Source of the DNA: Patescibacteria group bacterium
Lineage (GTDB): Bacteria; Patescibacteriota; Patescibacteriia; UBA1558; GWA2-36-10
Direction of reading: 5' to 3'
Assembly (NCBI GenBank): GCA_018819405.1
Contig: JAHJQF010000001.1
Span: forward strand, 513,377 to 577,376
Length of the DNA stretch: 64,000 nt
Part shown: positions 1 through 9,743 of the stretch, one piece after another
Numbering within the stretch: the stretch's first letter is position 1
How the letters are laid out: each line of letters opens with the position of its first letter
Position numbers and translations under genes: made by a program
Notes under the pieces: model-generated
Seen by the model: only the letters and a program-made list of their open reading frames with translations
The model's database searches: none
Told to the model about the DNA's origin: nothing

Positions 1-1
1 T

Positions 2-145
2 TTTTGGGGTTACTTTTGGTCAGTCATTTTGATAGTCGTAGGATTTAGTCTGATGAATAAAAACCAGAATAAAGATGAGTGCTGGCACTGGTGGTGTTCG
101 TCCAAAAAAAAGGACAAAAAACACAAAATAGTAGACGAGCAATAA
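2..145 (+). CDS. 3' end of a small membrane protein (truncated by window edge)
   Basis: Open frame from base 2: FWGYFWSVILIVVGFSLMNK...DEQ*. Its TAA (143-145) overlaps the next ATG (TAATG). Confidence 0.65.
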   Translation, partial: FWGYFWSVILIVVGFSLMNKNQNKDECWHWWCSSKKKDKKHKIVDEQ

Positions 146-549
146 TGCAAAAAATAATTGGAGAAAAAGAGTCTCAGGTAGAAGCCAAGAAATCTAGATT
201 CTTGGGCTTTTGCTTTTATGTAGAGTCAGTTGATAAAGTAAAAGAAATTCTTGATAGCTTTGAAGGAAAATACAAAGGCTCGGTTCATACTGTCTATGCC
301 TATAGATTAAAAGAAAATGGGGTGCTCCGTGAAAAATTTGACAATGACCGTGAGCCAGTGGGATCGGCCGGACCACCGCTTTTGTCGCTTCTCAAAAATA
401 AAGGTGTAATGAATTGTCTATTAGTAGTAGTTAGATATTTTGGCGGTACTTTATTAGGCACCGGAGGATTAGTCAGAGCTTATACCAGCGCCGGACAGCT
501 TACTTTGGAAGAAAATTTATGTCTATTAGAACAGAACAAAGAAAAATAA
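145..549 (+). CDS. yigZ: YigZ/IMPACT family protein
   Basis: KKSRFLG, H-x-VYAYR, DREPVGSAG, VVVRYFGGTLLGTGGLVRAY. Start moved to ATG 145, coupled to the upstream stop. Confidence 0.9.
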   Translation: MQKIIGEKESQVEAKKSRFLGFCFYVESVDKVKEILDSFEGKYKGSVHTVYAYRLKENGVLREKFDNDREPVGSAGPPLLSLLKNKGVMNCLLVVVRYFGGTLLGTGGLVRAYTSAGQLTLEENLCLLEQNKEK

Positions 550-1088
550 ATATAAATGACTGTGAGTATTCATATACACTGCGTCGACGTTGGCGTGTCA
601 GATATGTCAGGTTGTCTATTGAGCATGACGGGTCTTTGGTTTTGACGGCTCCATTATCTTATCCAATTTTTTTGATAAACAGGTTTTTGCACAGTCGTGT
701 TTTATGGATAGATAATGGCTTGGCCAAAGTAAAAAACAGAGCTAGTGTCATGGGTATCAAACACAGTGAGGCCGAGCTAAAAAAATATAAAAAAATTACT
801 CGAGAATTGGTGAAAAGTCGGCTTGATTATTTTAATCAGTTTTATGGTTTTAAGATAAATAGGATTGCAATTAGAAACCAAAAAAGCCGCTGGGGCTCCT
901 GCTCGTCAGATAAAAATCTTAATTTTAATTATCGTTTAACACTTATTCCACCTGATTTGGCAGATTATATAATAGTCCACGAATTGTGCCATTTGTCTCA
1001 GATGAATCATTCCAAGGCTTTTTGGCAATTAGTTGCTCAGACTGTCCCGGATTACAAAAATAAAGAAAAATTACTCAAGAAAATTTAA
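519..1088 (+). CDS. YgjP/DUF45-like zinc metallohydrolase (M48/SprT-like)
   Basis: QKSRWGSCS, LNFNYRL, DYIIVHELCHL (HExxH), MNHSKAFW. Confidence 0.9.
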   Translation: MSIRTEQRKININDCEYSYTLRRRWRVRYVRLSIEHDGSLVLTAPLSYPIFLINRFLHSRVLWIDNGLAKVKNRASVMGIKHSEAELKKYKKITRELVKSRLDYFNQFYGFKINRIAIRNQKSRWGSCSSDKNLNFNYRLTLIPPDLADYIIVHELCHLSQMNHSKAFWQLVAQTVPDYKNKEKLLKKI

Positions 1089-1120
1089 CCAGCACCTTTT
1101 TATAAAAAGGTGCTGGTTTT
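1087..1120 (+). terminator. Intrinsic terminator (perfect palindrome)
   Basis: AACCAGCACCTTTTTA-TAAAAAGGTGCTGGTT ending in a T run, at the gene end. Confidence 0.7.
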
Positions 1121-1142
1121 AGCTAATATTAGTTAAGAAAGT

Positions 1143-1155
1143 AACCTCGGAGGTT
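1143..1155. repeat. REP-like short palindrome AACCTCNGAGGTT
   Basis: AACCTCGGAGGTT; related units at 18209-18246 and 60858-60888. Confidence 0.5.
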
Positions 1156-1199
1156 GATTTGAACAATCTAGCTTATTTTGCTAAAATAAGAAGACAAGT

Positions 1200-1973
1200 A
1201 TGGAAGAAAAATATCAAAAAATAATTGAGGCAGCCCAGGCCGGCGGCCAAGTTTTGAAGCACTATTTTGGGCAAAATTTGGATATTGAACAAAAAACTAT
1301 TCCAGCTGATATCAGAACCAAGGCCGACACAGAATCAGAACAAGTTATTTTAAAAATACTCAAAGAAGATTTTCCAGACTACAATATACACTCTGAAGAA
1401 GATGGTAATACTGACAATGGATCAGAATATACTTTTGTAGTGGATCCACTAGATGCTTCAAACAATTTTGTACTTGGCATTCCCAATTTTTCGGTTATCA
1501 TTGCTTTGCAAAAAAATAATGAAACAATTTTTGGGCTAGTTTATCAGCCTATTTTGGATTTGAGCTATTATGCTATCAAAGGCCAGGGCGCTTTTTTAAA
1601 CGGAAAAAAGATATTGGTCAACGATAAAGAAAATATTCAAGACATATCAATTGGAGTAGTTTGGGGTTATGAGCATGACAAAGATTTGGATGCCGACTGG
1701 ACTCAAAAAATTATCAAATCAGATATTAAACGATTATGTTTTAATTGGTCGGTAGGAATTGATTTTTGTATGTTAGCTTCCGGCAAGATAGAGGCAATAC
1801 TTCACAACAATTTAGATATTCATGATTTTTTGGCGGGCAAATTGATTGCCAAAGAAGCCGGAGCATATATATCAGATTTGGCTGGTAATCCAGATAAGGA
1901 TGATGAAAATAATACTTTTTTGATTACTAACAACAAAATAATTAATAATAAAATTTTAGAAATTTTAAAATAA
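1200..1973 (+). CDS. suhB: Inositol monophosphatase family protein
   Basis: TKADTESE, SEE, VVDPLDASNNF, DIHDFLAGKLIAKEAG. Confidence 0.85.
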   Translation: MEEKYQKIIEAAQAGGQVLKHYFGQNLDIEQKTIPADIRTKADTESEQVILKILKEDFPDYNIHSEEDGNTDNGSEYTFVVDPLDASNNFVLGIPNFSVIIALQKNNETIFGLVYQPILDLSYYAIKGQGAFLNGKKILVNDKENIQDISIGVVWGYEHDKDLDADWTQKIIKSDIKRLCFNWSVGIDFCMLASGKIEAILHNNLDIHDFLAGKLIAKEAGAYISDLAGNPDKDDENNTFLITNNKIINNKILEILK

Positions 1974-1979
1974 ACCTAT

Positions 1980-2516
1980 ATGGCAGAAGAAAAGAAGGCC
2001 GGAGGCCTAGACAATAACAAGGAAGAAAAATATGTCCGTCCAACTTGGGATGAATATTTTATGGAAATGGCTAGAACTGCTTCCAAGCGTGCGACTTGCA
2101 GTCGCGGTAGAAGTGGTTCAATTGCTGTCAAAGACAACCAAATTTTGGTAACAGGTTACGTCGGCGCACCAAAAGGATTGCCTGATTGTGATGAAGTTGG
2201 TCATTTGATAAAAAAAGTAGACCATGGCGATGGTACAGTCAGTAATCACTGTGTACGCACCATTCATGCTGAGCAAAATCTAATTTGCCAAGCTGCCAAA
2301 AGGGGAGTGTCTATAGAAGGGGCGACTGTTTATTGTCGTATGGTACCTTGTGTTGTCTGCTGTATGCTCCTTGTCAATTGTGGTATCAAGCGAGTAGTAG
2401 CTGAAAGACACTATCATCAGGGTGGACAAGATATTTTGAAGCAAGCAGGTATAGAGTTGGATGTCATATATGATGATGAAATGCAGACTTATGAAGGTAT
2501 GACTGAAAAAAAATAA
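1980..2516 (+). CDS. dCMP deaminase (ComEB-like)
   Basis: RPTWDEYFM, RATC, HAEQN and PCxxC zinc motifs; heads the dTMP cluster. Confidence 0.9.
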   Translation: MAEEKKAGGLDNNKEEKYVRPTWDEYFMEMARTASKRATCSRGRSGSIAVKDNQILVTGYVGAPKGLPDCDEVGHLIKKVDHGDGTVSNHCVRTIHAEQNLICQAAKRGVSIEGATVYCRMVPCVVCCMLLVNCGIKRVVAERHYHQGGQDILKQAGIELDVIYDDEMQTYEGMTEKK

Positions 2517-2523
2517 TAAAACA

Positions 2524-3072
2524 ATGAAACAAGAAAAAATAATTTTAGGATTTACTGGATTAATAGCTTGTGGCAAAGGTACAGCTGCTAAATATTTTGC
2601 AAGCAAATATAATGCTGATACTTTTCGTTTTTCTACTATGCTCAGAGATATATTAGATAGATTATATTTGCCTCAATCTAGGGAGAATTTTCAAATTATA
2701 TCTCCAGTATTAAGAGAGGCCTTTGGTCAAGACTTAATGGCTAAAGTAATATCGGAGGATGTTAAAAATTCTCAGGCTGAGATGATAGTTATAGATGGAA
2801 TGCGTCGTCCAGCTGATATAGAATATCTTAAAAAAATTTCTGGTTTTAAAATGATAGCTATAGAAGTAGATGCTAAGGTGCGTTATGAAAGATTAAGAGC
2901 CAGAGGAGAGAATTCTGATGATAAAGAAAAAACTTGGGAGCAATTTCAAGCAGAGCACAAAGCGGAAACAGAAATTTATATTCCAGATTTAATGAAACAA
3001 GCTGATATTACTATAAATAATAACGGAACTTTGGAAGAGTTATATAAACAACTTGATAAATTAGTTGATTAA
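2524..3072 (+). CDS. P-loop nucleotide kinase (dephospho-CoA kinase/dNMP kinase-like)
   Basis: [12 protein letters not shown] Walker [16 protein letters not shown]. Confidence 0.75.
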   Translation: MKQEKIILGFTGLIACGKGTAAKYFASKYNADTFRFSTMLRDILDRLYLPQSRENFQIISPVLREAFGQDLMAKVISEDVKNSQAEMIVIDGMRRPADIEYLKKISGFKMIAIEVDAKVRYERLRARGENSDDKEKTWEQFQAEHKAETEIYIPDLMKQADITINNNGTLEELYKQLDKLVD

Positions 3073-3075
3073 TTT

Positions 3076-3149
3076 GTCATTGCGAGCCCGAAGGGCGTGG
3101 CAATCTAAATATTGTAGATTGCTTCGTCGCTAAATATTCTCGCAATGAC
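3076..3149. repeat. Palindromic intergenic repeat GTCATTGCGAG...CTCGCAATGAC, copy 1
   Basis: 11-bp terminal inverted repeat with internal GCAATCTA/TAGATTGC stem; close copy at 4061-4136. Confidence 0.85.
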
Positions 3150-3158
3150 GGTAAGAAA

Positions 3159-4055
3159 ATGAAACAATATTTACAACTACTTCAAAAAATAATGGATGAG
3201 GGCGTAGACAAAAGTGACCGTACTGGTGTAGGTACGCGTAGTGTTTTTGGTGCTCAGGCCAGATTTGATTTGTCCGAAGGCTTTCCATTACTCACTACCA
3301 AAAAAGTATTTTTAAAAGGAATAATTCATGAGCTTATCTGGTTTGTCAGGGGGGATACCAATATCAAATATTTGGTAGACAATGGTGTGCGTATTTGGAA
3401 TGAGTGGCCATACCAAAAATATCTGGAAGCCAATGGATTGGCAGATAAATATCCAAAATATACACCTGAGTGGGAAGAAAAAATGCAAGAGTTTGTAGAT
3501 AATGTAAAAAATGATGACGAGTTTGCCAAAAAGTGGGGTGATCTCGGTCCAGTTTATGGCAAACAGTGGCGTGATTTTGGCGGGGTAGACCAACTCAAGG
3601 ATGTGATTGAAAGATTAAAAACAAACCCCAATGACAGGCGTATGATAGTGTCTGCTTGGAATCCACCAGAAATCCCCAAGATGGCTTTGCCACCTTGTCA
3701 TTTGCTTTACCAATTTTATGTAGCTGACGGTAAATTGTCACTACAAATGTATCAAAGGAGCTGTGACACATTTTTGGGTGTGCCTTTTAATATTGCTTCT
3801 TATTCGTTGCTTTTGATGATGGTAGCTCAAGTAGTTGGTTTGAAACCCGGTGTATTCGTTCATGTCTATGGTGATTTGCATATTTATAGCAATCATTTTG
3901 ACCAGGTTAAAGAACAATTATCACGTGAGCCAAGACAACTTCCGATCATGAAAATAAATTCAGATGTCAAAAATATTGAAGATTTTAAATTTGAAGATTT
4001 TACATTAGAGGGCTATGATCCATATCCTATTATAAAAGCACCAATTGCAGTTTAA
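3159..4055 (+). CDS. thyA: Thymidylate synthase
   Basis: [43 protein letters not shown]. Confidence 0.98.
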   Translation: MKQYLQLLQKIMDEGVDKSDRTGVGTRSVFGAQARFDLSEGFPLLTTKKVFLKGIIHELIWFVRGDTNIKYLVDNGVRIWNEWPYQKYLEANGLADKYPKYTPEWEEKMQEFVDNVKNDDEFAKKWGDLGPVYGKQWRDFGGVDQLKDVIERLKTNPNDRRMIVSAWNPPEIPKMALPPCHLLYQFYVADGKLSLQMYQRSCDTFLGVPFNIASYSLLLMMVAQVVGLKPGVFVHVYGDLHIYSNHFDQVKEQLSREPRQLPIMKINSDVKNIEDFKFEDFTLEGYDPYPIIKAPIAV

Positions 4056-4060
4056 TTAAT

Positions 4061-4136
4061 TGTCATCGCGAGCCCAAAGGGCGTGGCGATCTAAAATCTT
4101 TTAGATTGCTTCGTCACTAAGTTCCTCGCAATGACA
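4061..4136. repeat. Palindromic intergenic repeat, copy 2
   Basis: TGTCATCGCGAGCCCAAAGGGCGTGGCGATCTA...TAGATTGCTTCGTC...CTCGCAATGACA. Confidence 0.85.
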
Positions 4137-4147
4137 GATAAAAAATC

Positions 4148-4627
4148 ATGACAATAAGTTTAATAGCAGCCATAGCCCGTGACAGAGGTATTGGTTACAA
4201 AAATAAATTATTGGTGCATTTGCCACCGGATTTGCAGCATTTTAAAAAAATTACTCAGGGGCACATGGTCATCATGGGGCAAACTACTTACCAATCTATG
4301 GGTAAGGCCCTACCCAATAGACAAAATATAGTGCTTACTTTGGACAAAGATTGGAAAGTGGATGATGCAGTGGTGCTACATTCTATAGAAGAGGCCATTG
4401 AATATGCCAAGGCATCAGGCGATGATGAAATTTTTTTTATTGGTGGTGCCTCAATATATAGACAATCTATCAAGTATGCTGACAAGTTGTATTTGACTAT
4501 CATAGACAAGACTTTTGAAGCAGATACTTATTTTCCGGAGTACGATGAATTTAAAAATATTGTTTCAGAATCAGAAACACAAGAATACGAAGGCACAAAG
4601 TTTAAATATTTAGAATTGACCAGATAA
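4148..4627 (+). CDS. folA: Dihydrofolate reductase
   Basis: ISLIAA, IG..NKL, DLQHFK, LPNRQNIVLT, IGGASIY, ADTYFP. Confidence 0.96.
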   Translation: MTISLIAAIARDRGIGYKNKLLVHLPPDLQHFKKITQGHMVIMGQTTYQSMGKALPNRQNIVLTLDKDWKVDDAVVLHSIEEAIEYAKASGDDEIFFIGGASIYRQSIKYADKLYLTIIDKTFEADTYFPEYDEFKNIVSESETQEYEGTKFKYLELTR

Positions 4628-4632
4628 AATAT

Positions 4633-5037
4633 ATGAGAACAGAAATACCTAGTAATGAGTCTTTGCCTGAATCAAAATCGGAGAGTATTGAATATTATAT
4701 AGGTATGTTTACAAAATTGAGGGACGGATATAGTAATGATGTACCTAAAGAAATTATTCATAGCAATTCCATTGATAGCAACTTTAAGATAAGACGAGGC
4801 TGGTTTACAGCTTTGGTTGGCCAGCTGGTCTTATTTAAAGAAGATTATTTGGAGGGCAGTGACAATAATGAGACTCAAACATTGGTGACAGAAATAGATA
4901 CTTTTGTAAATTATTGTACTAGCCCTGATTTCATAGAAAAAGATAGGACAGAGAAAGAAGATGTAGATAGAGGAGATGAAATTTTAAATAAAGTATTAAA
5001 AGTTTTAGAAAATATAGACAGCCATGAACCCCGTTAG
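4633..5037 (+). CDS. Hypothetical protein
   Basis: 134-aa ORF in operon; its stop TAG lies inside the left end of the 5029 element. Confidence 0.6.
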   Translation: MRTEIPSNESLPESKSESIEYYIGMFTKLRDGYSNDVPKEIIHSNSIDSNFKIRRGWFTALVGQLVLFKEDYLEGSDNNETQTLVTEIDTFVNYCTSPDFIEKDRTEKEDVDRGDEILNKVLKVLENIDSHEPR

Positions 5038-5134
5038 AAATTCACCAGATAACGTTATGGTGTTAAAGTATAATAAATCAGTGTTGATTTTACTAACAGG
5101 GAAAAAGTTATTTAATCATTAATTTCTAACGGGG
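5029..5134 (+). mobile_element. MITE-like element, AGAAATT subfamily
   Basis: Perfect 14-bp inverted ends CCCCGTTAGAAATT / AATTTCTAACGGGG; TGAA directly repeated on both flanks. Confidence 0.85.
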
Positions 5135-5556
5135 TGAAAATAAAAGCTAAAAAAATATATCCAGATGCCCAGATGCCCCAGACTATGAGGCCAGGCGACG
5201 CAGCGATGGATTTTTATAGTTATCGTGATTATGAAATCAAACCTGGCGAAAGGATAATAGTAGAAACTGGCATTGCTATTGCTATTCCAGACGGCTATTG
5301 GGGCAATGTCAGGGATCGTGGAGGTCTGCCAGCCAAACACGGCATTCACACTATGGGCGGAGTTTTTGATTCCAATTTTCGTGGTGAAGTGCAAATCATT
5401 ATGATTAATCTAGGGCAAGAAACTTACAAAATAGCTAAAGGTCACCGTATTTGTCAGATGATTATAGAGCGTCATGAAACAGTAGAACTAGAAGAAGTAG
5501 ATGAGCTTGATGAAACAAACAGGGGAGATAATATGCTGGCCTCAAGTGGTTATTAA
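5134..5556 (+). CDS. dut: dUTP diphosphatase
   Basis: AAMDF, RGG, GVFDSNFRGE, RICQ, RGDNMLASSG (divergent motifs I-V); the GTG start uses the last G of the element. Confidence 0.92.
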   Translation: MKIKAKKIYPDAQMPQTMRPGDAAMDFYSYRDYEIKPGERIIVETGIAIAIPDGYWGNVRDRGGLPAKHGIHTMGGVFDSNFRGEVQIIMINLGQETYKIAKGHRICQMIIERHETVELEEVDELDETNRGDNMLASSGY

Positions 5557-5564
5557 ATTAAAAT

Positions 5565-5813
5565 ATGGATAAAAATCTAATTTTAAATAGAGGCGTTCAA
5601 ATTGCCCTGCCATCGCTAACTATAGGAGCTCAGGTGGCAATAGCTTTAAAATTTCCTCAATATGGATTAATAATTAATTTATTAGCCCAACCTTTTTGGC
5701 TGTATTCGTCTTGGAAAGCGTATAAACAAGCTGGTCAAAGCGGAATTTTGATAACTACTATAATAATCACTATTGTTTTGATATCAGGGATTATAAATTA
5801 TTGGTTTTTATAA
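5565..5813 (+). CDS. Small three-helix membrane protein
   Basis: 82 aa, three hydrophobic segments, QPFW motif; within the dTMP cluster. Confidence 0.65.
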   Translation: MDKNLILNRGVQIALPSLTIGAQVAIALKFPQYGLIINLLAQPFWLYSSWKAYKQAGQSGILITTIIITIVLISGIINYWFL

Positions 5814-5816
5814 AAT

Positions 5817-6494
5817 ATGTCAAAAGGAAAATTAATAGTCATAGAAGGCGGTGATGGCAGTGGTAAAACTACTCAATTTAATTTGCTCAAAGAAAAGCTA
5901 ATCAAAGATGGGCAGCTTATAGAAATCGTAGATTTTCCACGTTACGGACAGCCAGCGGCAGTCATGGTAGAAAAATACCTCAATGGTGATTTTGGCGCTG
6001 CCAAAGACGTAGGGGCTTATCGGGCTAGTATTTTTTATGCTATGGACAGATACGATGCTTCTTTTGATATGAAGAGATGGCTGGAAGATGGTAAAATTGT
6101 ACTAGCCAATCGCTATGCTACATCTAATATGGTCCATCAGGCCGGCAAGATCAAAGATCAAAAAGAGCGAGATATATTTTTGGATTGGTTGGATGAGTTG
6201 GAATTTAATATTTTTGCAATTCCTAGACCAGATGTAGTATTTTTTATGAATGTTTCAGCAGAGATTTCTCAAAATTTGGCACTTAGCAAAGATGGTCGTC
6301 ATGACAATCTCAAATCAAAAAATGATATACATGAGAATGATTTAAATCATTTACGTGATGCTCTTGAGGCTGGACAATATGTGGCCAAAAAATATAATTG
6401 GGAAATAATAGACTGTGATGATGGTACTGGACATATGAGAACAATAGATAGCATTCACGATGAAGTTTGTCAGAAGTTAAAAAAATATATATAG
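5817..6494 (+). CDS. tmk: Thymidylate kinase
   Basis: IVIEGGDGSGKTTQ, FPRY, NRY, PRPD. Confidence 0.93.
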   Translation: MSKGKLIVIEGGDGSGKTTQFNLLKEKLIKDGQLIEIVDFPRYGQPAAVMVEKYLNGDFGAAKDVGAYRASIFYAMDRYDASFDMKRWLEDGKIVLANRYATSNMVHQAGKIKDQKERDIFLDWLDELEFNIFAIPRPDVVFFMNVSAEISQNLALSKDGRHDNLKSKNDIHENDLNHLRDALEAGQYVAKKYNWEIIDCDDGTGHMRTIDSIHDEVCQKLKKYI

Positions 6495-6504
6495 TTATAG
6501 TACC

Positions 6505-6572
6505 TGCCCCGTAAAAAATTTGTTATAATAATAAACGGGGCAATAAATAATTCTTAAATTTTTATACTGGGG
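6505..6572 (+). mobile_element. Degenerate member of the CCCCGT/ACGGGG element family
   Basis: TGCCCCGT (6505-6512) / ACGGGGCA (6535-6542), plus ACTGGGG supplying the G of the gatB GTG start. Confidence 0.4.
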
Positions 6573-8083
6573 TGGCTAAATACCAAACAATTATAGGTTT
6601 AGAGATTCATTTGCAACTCAAGACAAAGAGTAAGATGTTTTGTCATTGTTCCAATGCCAGTGATGGTAAGGAGCCAAATACTTTGGTGTGCCCAATTTGT
6701 TTGGGTCATCCGGGCACACTTCCAACAGTCAATAAAGAGGCAGTCAAGATGGGTTTGATGATGGCTTTGGCTTTGAATTGTAAGATAAATAAAATATCAA
6801 AGTTTGACAGAAAAAATTATTTTTATCCTGATTTGCCAAAAGGCTATCAGATATCTCAGTTTGATGAGCCTTTGGCTCATGATGGGCACTTGGTTATTGA
6901 AATAGATGAGCAAAAATGGAGTATTGGTATAGAGAGACTACATCTAGAGGAGGACGCTGCCAAAAATATACATAGCACAGGTAAGACTTTGGTAGATTTT
7001 AACCGTGGTGGCACACCACTAGCTGAGATTGTCACTCAACCGGACTTTAAGAGCCCTAAGGAAGCCAAAGAATTTTTAATTGAGCTTCGTCTGATTGCCA
7101 GATATTTGGGAGTTTCTGATGCTGATATGGAAAAAGGCCACATGAGATGTGATGCCAATATATCACTAAGGCCAATGGGTGATCATGATTATTATGCCAA
7201 AACAGAAGTTAAAAATCTAAACTCATTTAAAGCTGTAGAAAAAGCTTTGCTGTTTGAAGAAAAACGACAGGCCAAACTATGGGAGGCCAAGACTCCACCA
7301 CAAAAGACAGAAACTCGCGGTTGGGACGAAGACAAAGAAGAAACAATCCTTCAGCGTACCAAAGAGGGCTCGTCTGATTATCGGTATTTTCCGGAGCCAG
7401 ATTTGCCCCTTTTGCATATTAGTGAAAATTTGCTGACTGAAGTGCAAAGTATGATGCCGGAACTACCGCTTCATAGAAAAGACCGCTTTGTTACAGAATA
7501 TCGCCTTAGCTCAAAAGATGCTTGGGAGCTTATCAATCAAAGAATCTGGGCAAATTATTATGAAAATGTAATGTCCGATTTGCGGGCTTGGATGTTTAAG
7601 TCCAAAGGGCTAGGAGAAGATAGTAAAGAGGCTGAAACTCTTTGGCAGGAACATAAAGCTAAATTATCTAAACTAGCTTATAGTTGGATTACTAGTGAGC
7701 TTTTTGGTCTGATAAAAGGCAAATTCAAGATAGAGGATTTGAAAATCAGTGCCGAAAATATGTCTGAGCTTTTGACGCTTATTTATGAAAAGAAAATAAA
7801 CAGCTCTGCTGGACAGATAATTCTAAAAGAAATGTTTAATGGAGCTGATGACGACCCCTCTCACATTGCCGAGCGTCTTGACCTAGCTCAGATTGAGGAT
7901 GATATGACTTTAGATGGTATTGTAATAAAAGTAATAATGAGCAATCCTGAGCAAGTCAAAGAATATCAGGCCGGCAAAGCAGCTGTGCTCAAGTTTTTAC
8001 TTGGTCTGGTTATGAAAGAGAGTAGGGGTAAAGCCAATCCGCAAAAAGCTGAGGAAATGCTCAAAGAAAAATTAAGCTCTTGA
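6572..8083 (+). CDS. gatB: Asp-tRNA(Asn)/Glu-tRNA(Gln) amidotransferase subunit B
   Basis: IGLEIH, FDRKNYFYPDLPKGYQISQ, HLEEDA, RCDANIS, DYRYFPEPDL. Confidence 0.98.
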   Translation: MAKYQTIIGLEIHLQLKTKSKMFCHCSNASDGKEPNTLVCPICLGHPGTLPTVNKEAVKMGLMMALALNCKINKISKFDRKNYFYPDLPKGYQISQFDEPLAHDGHLVIEIDEQKWSIGIERLHLEEDAAKNIHSTGKTLVDFNRGGTPLAEIVTQPDFKSPKEAKEFLIELRLIARYLGVSDADMEKGHMRCDANISLRPMGDHDYYAKTEVKNLNSFKAVEKALLFEEKRQAKLWEAKTPPQKTETRGWDEDKEETILQRTKEGSSDYRYFPEPDLPLLHISENLLTEVQSMMPELPLHRKDRFVTEYRLSSKDAWELINQRIWANYYENVMSDLRAWMFKSKGLGEDSKEAETLWQEHKAKLSKLAYSWITSELFGLIKGKFKIEDLKISAENMSELLTLIYEKKINSSAGQIILKEMFNGADDDPSHIAERLDLAQIEDDMTLDGIVIKVIMSNPEQVKEYQAGKAAVLKFLLGLVMKESRGKANPQKAEEMLKEKLSS

Positions 8084-8084
8084 T

Positions 8085-9626
8085 ATGAGTGGTTTTGTTT
8101 GGAGACGTAATTTTGAAATATACAGGATGCCCGTCATAGTCACTGGGCCACCTGTTTTTTCTGCTATACGTGATCAAAAGAAGCTAATTGGCAGAGATAT
8201 TTTAAAAGATTTTTTATTGATTGGCGAAAATTATGATCTGACTGGCGCTTATATACCGGACAAACAATTACGGAATTTTATAGAAGCTATTTTAGATATT
8301 ATAAAAACCAAGCCTGATTTTGTCTTTAAATTTCAGAGACAAGGGATTGTTGATATCAAAAAATTATTTAATTTTATCAAAGAAAATTTAAATTATGATT
8401 TTGGCAAAATGAGTGATGATCAGCTTGTCAAATTTCACGATAAATTACAAAAAAAATTTTTTGAAGCGGAAGGTAGGCTGACACTTACTACTTGGTTTGT
8501 AGATTCCGACGGAGAAGATTTATCAAAATTTTTGATGAGTATAGTAGAGGACAAGATAAAACAAAATAAAATAGATATAAGTGTAGCAGAAGCTTTTTCT
8601 CTACTTACCACACCAGATAAGATGAGTTTATCTATGCAGGAGGAAATAGAATCTTTAGAGATTTTACAAGCTATAAAAAAAGACCCTAAAGCCAAAAAAA
8701 TATTTACCAATCAAGATATAAAGTATATAGAGGATAATTTATCTGAAATAGATGTTAAACTGAGAAATAAAATATTAAAGCATTACAAAAAATGGCTATG
8801 GATGCCCTATACATATATAGGGCCAGCTTATGAGCTAGATTATTATATTAGTATGTGGTCGGGCTTGCTCAGACAAAGAGTAAAAGCAGAGCAAAATATA
8901 AAAGTCTTAAGAAAACAGACGCTAGATAACAAAAAATCTAGACAAGAGCTTATCAAAAAACTATCTCTAAAAGGTAAGGAAAAAAAATATTTTGATTTAG
9001 CTAAAGATATTATATATATAAAGTCATATCGTAAAGATGCTTGGTTTTATTATTGTTATTTATTGGAATTTGTTCATAAAGAAATGGCTAAGCGTTTGCA
9101 TTTGTCTTTGAAGCAGTTTAGGATGATGACTTTTGATGAAGTTGCCTTGGCTTTAAAAAAGGGCAAATTTGATACTAGGACTCTCAACCAGAGATTTAAA
9201 AAAAGTGTTTATATATTTTCTGGCTTAAAAGCAAAAATTTATGCTAGTGAAAAAGCGGAAAAATTTTTGGCTACGCAAAATCTTGAGCAGGAACAAATCA
9301 AGATAGTAGATGAAATCAGGGGTACTTCGGCTCGTCCCGGTAAAATCAACGGACAGGTAAAGATAGTAAATTTACCAGAGGAAATGCATAAGATGAATAA
9401 AGGAGATGTCATGGTAGCGCGCACTACTTTTCCATCTCTAGTTCCGGCTATGAAAAAAGCGGCAGCTATAGTGACTAATGATGGAGGTATTACTTGTCAC
9501 GCCGCCATAGTAGCTAGGGAACTTAAAATTCCTTGTGTAGTGGGTACCAAAATAGCCACCAAAGTCTTCAAAGACGGAGATAGGGTCAGTGTAGATGCTA
9601 TAAATGGTATTATAAAAAAGTTGTAA
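8085..9626 (+). CDS. Protein with C-terminal PEP-utilising swivelling (mobile His) domain
   Basis: AAAIVTNDGGITCHAAIVARELKIPCVVG; large helical N-terminus unassigned. Confidence 0.8.
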   Translation: MSGFVWRRNFEIYRMPVIVTGPPVFSAIRDQKKLIGRDILKDFLLIGENYDLTGAYIPDKQLRNFIEAILDIIKTKPDFVFKFQRQGIVDIKKLFNFIKENLNYDFGKMSDDQLVKFHDKLQKKFFEAEGRLTLTTWFVDSDGEDLSKFLMSIVEDKIKQNKIDISVAEAFSLLTTPDKMSLSMQEEIESLEILQAIKKDPKAKKIFTNQDIKYIEDNLSEIDVKLRNKILKHYKKWLWMPYTYIGPAYELDYYISMWSGLLRQRVKAEQNIKVLRKQTLDNKKSRQELIKKLSLKGKEKKYFDLAKDIIYIKSYRKDAWFYYCYLLEFVHKEMAKRLHLSLKQFRMMTFDEVALALKKGKFDTRTLNQRFKKSVYIFSGLKAKIYASEKAEKFLATQNLEQEQIKIVDEIRGTSARPGKINGQVKIVNLPEEMHKMNKGDVMVARTTFPSLVPAMKKAAAIVTNDGGITCHAAIVARELKIPCVVGTKIATKVFKDGDRVSVDAINGIIKKL

Positions 9627-9743
9627 AATATATACTGGCCGTAGTCTTCGCTTTGGACGGTTTTATAGTTGACAGGAGAGTATTTTTATGGTTATTTTAT
9701 CAGGTTCGCTGTTATTTTACTCTAGCCTAGGAAGGGGTTCAAG

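Noticed and set aside
50-60. CTGATGA as a hammerhead ribozyme core
   Set aside because: It lies within a coding frame and lacks the flanking stems and GAAA partner.
79-144. ORF-track N-terminal extensions (yigZ; also miaB, pyrH, ricT, ddl, MBL hydrolase, rSAM)
   Set aside because: They overlap upstream genes or promoters; downstream starts fit family N-termini or RBS positions better.
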